Source: Candidatus Thorarchaeota archaeon (GTDB lineage Archaea > Asgardarchaeota > Thorarchaeia > Thorarchaeales > Thorarchaeaceae). Taken from it: a stretch of DNA of 15,908 bases. Location: contig JAEOUG010000151.1 in NCBI GenBank assembly GCA_016839445.1, positions 1-15,908 on the forward strand, written 5' to 3'. The notes under the pieces are model-generated. The model ran no database searches. It saw only the letters and a program-made list of their open reading frames with translations, and was not told the DNA's origin. The translations under genes were made by a program, and so were the position numbers. Within the stretch, counting starts at the first letter, position 1, and each line of letters starts with the position of its first letter. Positions 1-8,861 of this stretch are shown here, piece after piece.

Positions 1-967
1 AAACGAGGGCGGCAATACCGCCGACCATGAACACAACTTCAATCTCAGTAGCCATGATTAGATCCATAGAGAGCTGTCCACCAATCCCTGAGAAGATTAT
101 TCCCAGCAGGCCAATGATGGTCCAGATGGCTCTCTGACCTTTGGTGATTGGGATCTCTCCCATCACAACCTTGCCCGAGTGACCGTCCAGTGCCGCTTTG
201 TATAGGTCCCCTTGGAACTTGTAGCGGAACAGAGCAAAGGGCGCTTGGAGTTAGGTGGTGTTGCTCACGTCGGTTGTGGTACGGCAGTCGAAAAGCTCGG
301 TGAGCCCTGATTTCGCATCTGCCCTGTGTCTGTCAGACACGCGGCTGTGGAAGGCCTTCTCAGCCTCCTCCATGCCGATCTCTGCGTTGAGTATGCTGGG
401 CTCAAGGTCCTTGATTCTCTCGTAGTTGTAGGGAATCGTCTTGGACACTGTCACTGTGTTCAGATAATCCTCAAGGCCGTAGAATCTAGCTCCTTTTCGG
501 GCAAGCAGTCTCTCAGCGGTATTCGTATGAATCTCGCTCTGGACTGGCTCATAGCCGGTCTCATAGTCCGTATAGGTCTCGGTGGTCCAATTGCCATCCC
601 TATCTCGGACTCGTCTTGTCTTCTGAACCGGAACCTGAACTGTCCTGTAACCCTTGTACCATGAATCTGCCTTCACCTGAGAAATCCAGATGGGCACGTA
701 GATGAGGCGATTCTCGACAATCTTCGCGTTCGTGACCAAGGACTTGTTCATGCCCTTGTTCTTGTCAAGGAAGTCTTGGAAGCCTTTGAGCCGAGCGTCG
801 GTATCGACGGCTGGCTCCATGAGATGTTCGCCTATTGACTTACCCTCAATGGTAGTCGTACTACCACAATAGGTACAAGTGATTACCACATCATCAGGCC
901 CGGTTTTGACATTACCGTTGCAGACGGGGCACTTGAACATGTCCGCTGCCGATGATTCAGAACTCAT
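1..967 (-). pseudogene. Zn-ribbon membrane-anchored protein (YdjG / TFIIB-type Zn-ribbon-like) interrupted by an in-frame TAA at 253-251; 3' end runs off the window
   Basis: ATG at 967 preceded by GGAGGAG (982-976). N-terminal CPVC...CTYC Zn ribbon and LIYVPIW motif. After the TAA the same frame stays open to the window edge: LQAPFALFRYKFQGDLYKAALDGHSGKVVMGEIPITKGQRAIWTIIGLLGIIFSGIGG..., which looks like the family C-terminus plus TM helices. Could be a sequencing error rather than a true pseudogene. Confidence 0.75.
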
Positions 968-1092
968 TGTGCAAACTCCTCCAGAGCTTGTATCTGAGGC
1001 CCGATTTCGACTGATGTCTATTAAGACTTGCCTAGATTGACAAACACCAGAGGAATGAGCCACAATCTGATGCCTGACCCGACTCAGACAGG

Positions 1093-1737
1093 TTATCTCA
1101 GCCGTCTACCCTCTCTGAGAAGCAGAACGCACACAGCAATGTAGTAGAGCTGTCTGAAGATGATGAAGGGAACATACTGCATGATGACATCAATGGGGGT
1201 TGTTGCTGGAAGTAGCAGAAGAACGAGCTGCTGCACGCCGTATACTACAATCGGATTCAGGGCCAGCAGAAGCGCAACGAGCTTGAGCAGAAGGCTATCG
1301 TCTCCAGTACGTGAGGCCAACCAGACAAGGAGCCCTTGAATGAACCAGACCAGGAAGTTCGTGACTAGGGTGGGCCAGAACGCCAGAGGCCCAAGGATTG
1401 GGTAGAACAGAAAGACGGAAACCGTTGCCACCATGAACATGATTACGAAGGGTACTCCCAGTCGAGTATCTCTTCTCCCCAGAAGAGCAAAGAATCCCGA
1501 CACTAGGAAGATCATGCATGCCAGATACACTCGATTGGTGACCTCAAAAATCAGGACCCAATCCGACGGGTCATATGTACCGAAGTAGATCTCAGCGAGT
1601 CTTTGATAGTACAACCAGTAGTAGACGATGGTGTAGACCATCGCAGACAGCGCCCCGATCACACCTAGACCAAGACCTATCCTAGTGCTGCGTCTATCAT
1701 CCGAACTCATCATGACCCAGTCTGCTTGCTCAGCCAA
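1093..1737 (-). CDS. Hypothetical multi-pass membrane protein (about 6 TM), paralog 1 of a tandem triplet
   Basis: 214 aa hydrophobic ORF; TTG start with GAGGGGT upstream; shares GVIGxxS, GFFxL and terminal LLLREGRR patterns with its neighbours. Confidence 0.8.
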   Translation of the reverse strand: MAEQADWVMMSSDDRRSTRIGLGLGVIGALSAMVYTIVYYWLYYQRLAEIYFGTYDPSDWVLIFEVTNRVYLACMIFLVSGFFALLGRRDTRLGVPFVIMFMVATVSVFLFYPILGPLAFWPTLVTNFLVWFIQGLLVWLASRTGDDSLLLKLVALLLALNPIVVYGVQQLVLLLLPATTPIDVIMQYVPFIIFRQLYYIAVCVLLLREGRRLR

Positions 1738-1806
1738 GATACTACCCCTCTGCCGTTCTCTAGCAAGTCAAGCCCTACATTAACCCTCCGAACCTTGGCA
1801 CACTTC

Positions 1807-2481
1807 CTACAATGATGGACTCATATTCGCGCACTTCCGGAGTTCGGCGGCGAAGAGCATCAACGCCGTGATGTTCACTAGCAAGCCGACGGCAACCGTT
1901 GGCGCCCTTACCAAAGTCACATTGAGCGCGGTCGGGGTCGTGGTTTCAACAAACACTTGAAAGAGCACTGGATGCAGCAGATGTCCAGCAAGGAAGGCCC
2001 CAACCATAAGGGCAACGAGGACAGTCAGGGCCCCCCTGTTGGAAACAGAGGCCCTTGCTTGCCACAGGATGAAAGTCTTCAGAGCAAGAAGTCCCAGAGC
2101 TGTTGCCGCTACTAGAACCTGACCCACTCCGACACCGAAGTAGCCGTAGTAGTAGGTGCTCGTCACTATGGGAGCAAAGAGAGCTAGGACATAGACAAGC
2201 GAGTAGCGGCTCCCATTAAGCCTCAAGAAGCCGAAGTACCCAACACTCATGAGAACTATACAGCTAGCGGACACAGTGTTCTGCACGGCGAAAGCCAGCG
2301 ACCAGAACTCCCAGTCCACTACATCGAGGAACACATCGACGTAGTACTCGTAGAGCAGCCAGAAAGAAACGACGGAGAATATCATCGATGAAATGAGACC
2401 AATGACTCCGATTTTCAGTTCTATGGAGTTCTCCCTCAGCTCGCTGGGACGGACTCCTTCGTGTTGTGGTGGATCCAGCAT
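1807..2481 (-). CDS. Hypothetical multi-pass membrane protein (about 6 TM), paralog 2
   Basis: Likely ATG at 2481 (MLDPPQH...) after purine-rich GGCGGGAAG; motifs GVIGLISS, GYFGFL, LFAAELRK. Confidence 0.8.
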   Translation of the reverse strand: MLDPPQHEGVRPSELRENSIELKIGVIGLISSMIFSVVSFWLLYEYYVDVFLDVVDWEFWSLAFAVQNTVSASCIVLMSVGYFGFLRLNGSRYSLVYVLALFAPIVTSTYYYGYFGVGVGQVLVAATALGLLALKTFILWQARASVSNRGALTVLVALMVGAFLAGHLLHPVLFQVFVETTTPTALNVTLVRAPTVAVGLLVNITALMLFAAELRKCANMSPSL

Positions 2482-2613
2482 GTTTGCTTCCCGCCTGAAC
2501 CAGCAAGACAGCGGCAACTCACAGCAAGATAAACCCTGCGGCAAAGATTGTCAGTGATCTCCCCGGGAACACCCCAAGGGAGAGGAATCCGAAACACTGA
2601 GGAGATCAGTCTA

Positions 2614-3315
2614 TCAACTCGTGCTCACACTAGTGCTGTATCGCTTGAATTCAGCAAAGAAGAGCGCAGCCATCAGCACGAGCTTCGCGTAGAACATGGC
2701 TATTGTCGGTCCATACCACAGGAAGTACTGGGCTGCGTTCACTGCAATCCCTGAGATCACTGTGAGATTCAGCACCAAGGACACCACAGGTTGAAGCACC
2801 CATAGAGCAATGATGAGATGGAGTATGTTCCGATGCCGAATGTGATGCCGTACCGTGGCCAGAATGAGTACGAGAGCGAGTGCGAGCGAGAAGGAAAATG
2901 CGAAGTAAGCTATAGACATTGCCTCGAAACTGATCGAGTATCCGAAGATGCTGTATAGGACCTCGGAGAGATTGAATGAAGATGGCCAGAGGCTGATGAA
3001 AACGAAGACTAGACCTAATCTCCCTCGGTTCCCCTCAATCACTCCATAGTATCCAAGGGTGAAGAGTATCGCTGGGATAACGGATAGCTGACCAAGGAAC
3101 AGAAGGAGGTCGACCACAGGCTCAATCACATCCCAGTCAAAAGGAAACTCATTGTAGAGACGGATATACTCGAGATATGCTGCCTTCCGGAACAAGTCCA
3201 GCACTGCGGCGCTGAGGACGCCGACCACACCAAGAATGAGCAGTACTCTACTCGTATGTGTGTCGAGACGGATGGATTCCTGAATTGAGGGAGTTGGTTC
3301 TTCGAATGCCATCAT
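2614..3315 (-). CDS. Hypothetical multi-pass membrane protein (about 6 TM), paralog 3
   Basis: Likely ATG at 3315 or 3312 after AGGGGTG; motifs GVVGVLSA, GYYGVI, LFFAEFKR. Confidence 0.8.
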   Translation of the reverse strand: MMAFEEPTPSIQESIRLDTHTSRVLLILGVVGVLSAAVLDLFRKAAYLEYIRLYNEFPFDWDVIEPVVDLLLFLGQLSVIPAILFTLGYYGVIEGNRGRLGLVFVFISLWPSSFNLSEVLYSIFGYSISFEAMSIAYFAFSFSLALALVLILATVRHHIRHRNILHLIIALWVLQPVVSLVLNLTVISGIAVNAAQYFLWYGPTIAMFYAKLVLMAALFFAEFKRYSTSVSTS

Positions 3316-3443
3316 TACACCCCTAGACTCAGTGACAGATTCCCCCGATTCAAAAAGATGCCGATTCCGTTGTGCAAGCATCCGACCAACTCAAAGAAAT
3401 AGATGGCCAGAAGCAGGCCATTCTCCTGCAACTGGCATTTGAT

Positions 3444-4592
3444 CTATTTGCGTGCCTCGGTGCGTAGTCGCTCAGCCGAGAATTCGTGAATACGTTCCTT
3501 GGCCTCTTCTCTTGCAGCCTGATGATTCTCAAGAAACTCGACCATCATGGGCGCGAGGATTTGCTTGCACTCGCCGCACAGTATTTCACCGGACCTGCAC
3601 TTCTTCTCAATATTCTCGAGATCCTTGTCGTCAGGCATGAAGATGAAGGTGTAGTACTTGAAGACCGAGCAGATGTCTGGATTAGCACCCAGCTTGCGCT
3701 GCTCCTCAGCTGTGTCCCTACCTCCGGTGAAGGCGGCCATGACTTTCTTCTTGGCCAGCTTCGGTTTGTCCGTTGTGAGGACCGCGGACATGGGGTCAGA
3801 GGCGGACATCTTGCCACCCTCTTGGAGACCAGGTACAAACCGGTTCTGTATTGAGGCGGGCTTGTAGTAACCCAGCTTCTCGGCCACGTCACGAGTGACT
3901 CTCCAGTGGGGGTCCTGATCGATAGCACACGGTATCACACACGGAACCTTCTCTCCTGTCAGATGCTGGTGCAAGAACGCCGGCACGGCCTGCATCGCGG
4001 GATACCAGATGCCTCCGATATTCATGCTGTTTTCAAACCCAAAGACCGCTCTGGCAGTGGAGAAGGTGACCTTCTTGGCGACCTGTACGGCAATCTCGTA
4101 CATCAGATCGATGTCCTCGATATCCTGTAGGATGTATGTCTTCTCGGGGTCAAAGCCAGTGGCAATGATGTCCAGTGCGTTATCGTAGGTGAAACCCTTG
4201 ACGTCATCGTAGCTTAGATCCGGCTCGAAGAAGAACTTCTCATCATTGGTCAGCTGGAAGTACAGGCGAGTGCCGAAGCGGTCCTGAAGCCATTTTGTGA
4301 ACATCCAAGGTACTAGATGGCCAATGTGGACCTGCCCGCTGGGACCCCTTCCTGTGTAGAGGAAGAACTTGTCGCCCTTCTCGTATTCGTTGAGTACCCA
4401 ATCCATGTCGCGGTGGGAGAAGAAGAGGTCACGCTCTAGCATGAAGTGACTCTCACCCGCAATCTTGTAGATTCGTTTCTTGAGCTTGTCGTCCAACCTC
4501 TGAGTGCCGAACTCCTTGATCAACCTGTCATAATCGATCTTACCTCGGACCTCCCAGGGAGTGACGACCATTTCATCGTCTTTGTCGCTCAA
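3444..4592 (-). CDS. trpS: Tryptophanyl-tRNA synthetase (archaeal/eukaryal type)
   Basis: VTPWEV, IDYDRLIKEFG, YTGRGPS, HIGH, AIDQDPH, KMSAS and AFTGGR motifs. Probable TTG start at 4592 with AAGGAG upstream. Confidence 0.97.
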   Translation of the reverse strand: MSDKDDEMVVTPWEVRGKIDYDRLIKEFGTQRLDDKLKKRIYKIAGESHFMLERDLFFSHRDMDWVLNEYEKGDKFFLYTGRGPSGQVHIGHLVPWMFTKWLQDRFGTRLYFQLTNDEKFFFEPDLSYDDVKGFTYDNALDIIATGFDPEKTYILQDIEDIDLMYEIAVQVAKKVTFSTARAVFGFENSMNIGGIWYPAMQAVPAFLHQHLTGEKVPCVIPCAIDQDPHWRVTRDVAEKLGYYKPASIQNRFVPGLQEGGKMSASDPMSAVLTTDKPKLAKKKVMAAFTGGRDTAEEQRKLGANPDICSVFKYYTFIFMPDDKDLENIEKKCRSGEILCGECKQILAPMMVEFLENHQAAREEAKERIHEFSAERLRTEARK

Positions 4593-4737
4593 TGTGATTA
4601 CTCCTTGGATGTTATGCTGGCGCGAGGCCAGTGCCCCTAGGGGCTCCAAAGCTCAAATAAGACTGATGGTGGATTGGGCATTTGGAGTGCGTACAGCCCT
4701 CAGGCAGGCTCTCGACCTTCGAGGATGAGGATGAGAT

Positions 4738-6066
4738 TCAGAGTCTCTTTAGACACTCATAGATGATGAAGTGCGTCCACCTATCTGCGTCGAAGGCCAG
4801 ATGTCGTGGATGCTCGCGGATGTCTTCGGGAGATGCGCTCGGTTCAATAATCTCTGAGATCACGAAACCTGCCTCCTTCAATGCTTTGCTGTATTCCTCA
4901 AGAGTTCTGTCAATCTGCCAGAGGCTGTGCCCGTCCCAGTTGTACAACACACCACCTGAATCATAGTACCGGTCTACCAGCTTCAGGTACCTCTCTTCTG
5001 GTCTATGTGTATCACTTGGTAGCCGGATATCGAAAGATCCAGCTCTTCCGAAAACTGGATGAGTGTTGGACCAGATGAACCTTCCATCGTCCTTGAGAAC
5101 TCTGGATATCTCCAAAAAGGCTTGCTTGAAGTTGACCACATCTGCCAGGACGATGTTCGAGACTACTAGATCAAAGATGCCATCGTCGAAGGCAGACAAG
5201 TCATCCAGTGATGCCTGAACGAAAGCGATTCCCAGGGAATCCTTAGTCTCTCTTTGGCTGCAGTACTCTATGAAGGGTTCGGAGAAGTCCACGCCTGTGA
5301 CAGACGCTCCATCTCTGGCAAGCCTTCGAGACAGGTATCCATTCCCACATCCCGCATCTAAGACATTCAGACCCGTCACGTCACCTGCCAGTCTCGTCAG
5401 ATGTCGATCTATGATGAGTCTACGATTGATATCGCCTTCATCAACGGATTCACTGTTGACAGCTCGCATCCAGTGGTCGCTGAATCCCTCCCATGCCTCA
5501 TGAGTCTGCTTCTCGTTCATCTTGGATTCCGGTACAACATCGGTTAAGGGCTCGTAGCAACTAAGTTCTCTCCGAAGGGCAAAAACCCTATTCTCTAGCT
5601 TCAGAGCTTCGTCCAATGTGAGAGGCTCTCCCATTCTCTGAGTATCAGGAGTCCATATTGGCTCCGGAAAATCGGAATCTCCAATTGCGGGCCTCAACTC
5701 GAGGAACTCACTCTGCCACGGGTGCGTCCCGCAGAACTCGGCATAGAATATGTCGTAGTGATTCTCTTTGCATGTTTCGCAGTAGAATTCGTAGGCATAT
5801 GTCCGATCCCAGAATCTCACAGGATACAGCCGTGGCTTACTACAGCCACCGCAGATCAGCTCTTTGGTTTCAGGACACCAGTAGAACCAACTGAAATGAT
5901 GTTCTTGACCACACCTAGAGCACTTGAACCTCGAGTGCCACGAGCATCTATAGACATAGTTCTCGAATGTGAAGACAGCCGGACGGACAGGATAACTTCC
6001 GTCAACTTCGTTGATTCTCTTGCAGTAATAGCAGGGTTGCTCCTCTGCAGGTTCAAAGAAGCGCAT
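4738..6066 (-). CDS. Class I SAM-dependent methyltransferase with an N-terminal Cys/His-rich (multi Zn-finger-like) domain
   Basis: VLDAGCGNG motif I, GVDFS, FDLVVS and SRVLKDDGRF in the C-terminal half. N-terminal CYYC, CSWH, CSRC, CGGC, CETC, CGTH. Start is ATG 6066 or TTG 6072. Confidence 0.9.
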   Translation of the reverse strand: MRFFEPAEEQPCYYCKRINEVDGSYPVRPAVFTFENYVYRCSWHSRFKCSRCGQEHHFSWFYWCPETKELICGGCSKPRLYPVRFWDRTYAYEFYCETCKENHYDIFYAEFCGTHPWQSEFLELRPAIGDSDFPEPIWTPDTQRMGEPLTLDEALKLENRVFALRRELSCYEPLTDVVPESKMNEKQTHEAWEGFSDHWMRAVNSESVDEGDINRRLIIDRHLTRLAGDVTGLNVLDAGCGNGYLSRRLARDGASVTGVDFSEPFIEYCSQRETKDSLGIAFVQASLDDLSAFDDGIFDLVVSNIVLADVVNFKQAFLEISRVLKDDGRFIWSNTHPVFGRAGSFDIRLPSDTHRPEERYLKLVDRYYDSGGVLYNWDGHSLWQIDRTLEEYSKALKEAGFVISEIIEPSASPEDIREHPRHLAFDADRWTHFIIYECLKRL

Positions 6067-6212
6067 GAGCAATCAGACGACTCCGCTCTAATAACTTCCA
6101 TCCAGAGCCAGATAGAGCGTCTAGACTCGCCAAATCCTGCCCAACAGTTATTCTAAAAAGGGGCAATCTCAACCCTCAGAGCTGTAGGCACTATCCATAG
6201 AGGTCAATCAGA

Positions 6213-6488
6213 ATGCGGATAGAAGAGTACGAGTTCGAAGAGGAGAAGACGCTCTCCAATCTCGCGGACCTGCTGGTCAACATCGCAGAACAGATACGTG
6301 AGGGGAAGAAGCTGGAGCTCCCTATGCCCACCCTCCGCGAGGGTGTCATCCAAGTTCCATTGGGTGAACCAGTAGAAACAGGCATAGAAGTCACAATCCG
6401 GAGGCACTTCATCCACGTGGACTTCGCCTTGGCATGGCGGAGGGAGAAGGAAATGGAGTTCCCAGAGGAGGAGAAGAAGAATGACTGA
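6213..6488 (+). CDS. Amphi-Trp domain-containing protein
   Basis: Small acidic protein: E-rich N-terminus, amphipathic helix LADLLVNIAEQIREG, beta strands ending in a Trp (FALAW). GAGG upstream; overlaps the next gene by 8 nt. Confidence 0.7.
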   Translation: MRIEEYEFEEEKTLSNLADLLVNIAEQIREGKKLELPMPTLREGVIQVPLGEPVETGIEVTIRRHFIHVDFALAWRREKEMEFPEEEKKND

Positions 6489-7104
6489 TGAGGTCGCGAA
6501 GAGGCCAGACATTCTCAAGCAGCTTGAGAACATCCTCTCGATTCAGGAGAAGATCAGCGACTACGTTCATCAGAGGCTCTGCATTAGCTGTGGAGACACG
6601 GAGGATGAGGCCTGGACTGAGCGTCGCAAAGACGCATTCAAGAACGTGAGGGGGCTAATTGACAAGTATGCCTTCTCGAGAAACCTCCCCCGCGACGACC
6701 TAGGTATTCTAGCACAAGCAATCGTGTCGCACCTTCTTGACATCCAGCATACCTTCTTCCGAGTACTCGTGATGATTGATATAGTCCGAGGCGAGTCATT
6801 CAACGAGATCTTCATGGACTCGATGACTACAATCTCCAACAAGGTCCACGAGCAGATGAAAGAGCTGACCACAATGGTTCGCCAACGAGCGGAGAACTCA
6901 GATGACGCGGCTCAGACTCTGGAGTCAATCATTAGACTCGAGAGGGAGATCGACGAAGACAACATTGTGATATGTCGTCAGATATCTGTAGCCACGGGCG
7001 GAGACTCTGACTTCGTATGTTACATGATGCGCAAAATCGTGGCTGAACTTGAACACATCTCAGACTACGCAAAGGAAGGCGCGGAAATCATCGCGGAGAT
7101 TTGA
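6481..7104 (+). CDS. PhoU/DUF47-like helical bundle protein
   Basis: All-helical 207 aa with ExxxD motifs (LEREIDE, ELEHISDYAKEGAE, QEKISD) typical of PhoU-like repeats. Confidence 0.65.
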   Translation: MTDEVAKRPDILKQLENILSIQEKISDYVHQRLCISCGDTEDEAWTERRKDAFKNVRGLIDKYAFSRNLPRDDLGILAQAIVSHLLDIQHTFFRVLVMIDIVRGESFNEIFMDSMTTISNKVHEQMKELTTMVRQRAENSDDAAQTLESIIRLEREIDEDNIVICRQISVATGGDSDFVCYMMRKIVAELEHISDYAKEGAEIIAEI

Positions 7105-7110
7105 TGCTAG

Positions 7111-8853
7111 TTGCAGGAGCTAGAGACATCAATTCTTGTCCTTGTTGCAGGGATTCTAATCATTGGTGTCGCAATAGCGAAGGTTGCAGAGAGGTATAGG
7201 GTTCCGCATCCTATTCCTCTTGTTCTGACCGGCCTGCTGATGGGACGTGTCATCGTTGTATTGTCGCCTGATGTTGAGCTGATCCAGATCACGGGATTCG
7301 ATTTCATTGCACAAATCACGTTGGCCACCGTCTTGTTCTACGCCGGCCTCACGTTGAACCTGAGAGAGCTCCGATTGTCAATTGTCAATGTTCTGCTGCT
7401 GGCCACTGCTGGCGTGCTGGCAACTTCGCTGATAGGAGGGTATGCAATTGCGCTCGCAATAGACATAGGCATTGCAGCGTTCCTCATTGGCGCAATCCTC
7501 TCACCTACAGACCCGGCAGCGCTCTTCTCCGTGCTTGAATCAGGAGGCGTGCGAGTCAAGCGCAAGATCTTCGCAATCCTCGAAGGTGAAGCGGTCTTCA
7601 ACGACGCAACATCCGTAATCCTAGTAATCACGGTATTCGAACCGTTTGTCATAGCTTCGTATCTTGGTGCGGGAAGCGGCACTGGAATCGGGCTGATAAT
7701 AGGGGAGTTCGCCGCAAGCATGGGGCTGGGCTTGCTGCTAGGCTTTGTTGTTGCTAGAGGAGTTGGCTGGGCAATACCAAGAGCGGGTGAGGACACGAAT
7801 GTGACAATCCTCACGGCAACAACACCCTTCCTTGCATATGGCCTTGGCGAGCTCTTCGCCTATGGCACAGGATACGAGATCCACCCCGGCGCGTTGGCAG
7901 CAGTCTTTGCGGGCATCTTCATGGCCAACGCAAGAAGGATAGGTCTGGGCCCCCTCCCTCAGCGGTCCATGCGGAATGTGATGAAGAACGTCTCGTTCTT
8001 CTTTGAAATCGTCGTGTTCATTCTGCTAGGTTACACGCTTAGTGTTCCACTCGTGGAGGGAGACCCCACCACTGAACCAATAGCCTTCATGATAGCGAAT
8101 CCAAGTGTCGTGCAACTTGGCCTCATTACCGCCGTTCTTGTCATCTTAGTGGCACGACCCATCTCTGTCTTTCTCGTGACTGCAGTTGATAGGGCAATGA
8201 GCTTCAAGGAACGAATCTTTGTGAGCTGGGCTGGTGTCAAGGGCGTTGCCAGCGGAGCGCTTGCAGCAATTGCTGTCACGGTTCTCATTCATAAGGCAGG
8301 TGAATTGGCGGATCCATTACACCCACTACATTCTCTTCTTGGAGACTATGTCGAGGAGATCAAGGTCGCCGTCCCAAGCATCTATTCCATCGTATTCATC
8401 GTGCTGATAGTCAGTCTAGTGGTGCAGGGACTAACGACTGGTGTACTAGCGAATATCCTAGGTCTGGTGGAAGAACAGGACCGTGCCAAGGAAATCACCG
8501 TACACCGCGACGCAACGAGACAAGCACTGCTGCGACTGGTCGACCAGTACACCGAGGGACGGCTGGATTCAGAGACATACGGGCGATTGAAGGCCGAGCT
8601 AGAGGAAGAGATCTTCCAGCTCGAGGATGAACTCAGACGTGTGGTTTCGGAACGTCGTGCGAAGCTTCAGGAACTCAACATAAGAGAGGAGATCTACAGA
8701 ACCAAGCTCCAGTACTACCAAGACCAGTTCGAGAGCGGCAAGATATCGGAAGGGACTTTCCAGGAGCTCAAGATGGAGCTTGACGCCGAGATTGAAGAAG
8801 TCATGAACAGGATTCGGTTCCAAGAGCAACGAATTCCCAGCGAGAGTGAGTAG
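7111..8853 (+). CDS. nhaP: CPA1 (NhaP-type) Na+(K+)/H+ antiporter with a cytoplasmic C-terminal helical extension
   Basis: About 12-13 TM; LFYAGL, LSPTDPA, EGEAVFNDA, ARP and WAGVKG motifs; charged C-terminal tail of about 120 aa. TTG start. Confidence 0.88.
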   Translation: MQELETSILVLVAGILIIGVAIAKVAERYRVPHPIPLVLTGLLMGRVIVVLSPDVELIQITGFDFIAQITLATVLFYAGLTLNLRELRLSIVNVLLLATAGVLATSLIGGYAIALAIDIGIAAFLIGAILSPTDPAALFSVLESGGVRVKRKIFAILEGEAVFNDATSVILVITVFEPFVIASYLGAGSGTGIGLIIGEFAASMGLGLLLGFVVARGVGWAIPRAGEDTNVTILTATTPFLAYGLGELFAYGTGYEIHPGALAAVFAGIFMANARRIGLGPLPQRSMRNVMKNVSFFFEIVVFILLGYTLSVPLVEGDPTTEPIAFMIANPSVVQLGLITAVLVILVARPISVFLVTAVDRAMSFKERIFVSWAGVKGVASGALAAIAVTVLIHKAGELADPLHPLHSLLGDYVEEIKVAVPSIYSIVFIVLIVSLVVQGLTTGVLANILGLVEEQDRAKEITVHRDATRQALLRLVDQYTEGRLDSETYGRLKAELEEEIFQLEDELRRVVSERRAKLQELNIREEIYRTKLQYYQDQFESGKISEGTFQELKMELDAEIEEVMNRIRFQEQRIPSESE

Positions 8854-8861
8854 CACTCGGA

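Noticed and set aside
251-253. Genetic code reassignment, or Sec/Pyl recoding, at the internal stop
   Set aside because: The codon is TAA rather than TGA/TAG, and no other gene in the window shows internal stops; a single instance fits a mutation or error better.
2551-2610. Complementary segments TCAGTG/CACTGA and ATCTCC/GGAGAT between membrane paralogs
   Set aside because: Only 6-8 bp, non-nested and mutually exclusive; consistent with chance.
3403-3421. ATGGCC/GGCCAT stem after trpS as a terminator
   Set aside because: Only 6 bp with a weak T tract; too little support to call.
4593-4737. Possible T-box or attenuator upstream of trpS (hairpin near 4698-4730)
   Set aside because: No T-box consensus or Trp leader peptide, the region is too short, and the context is archaeal.
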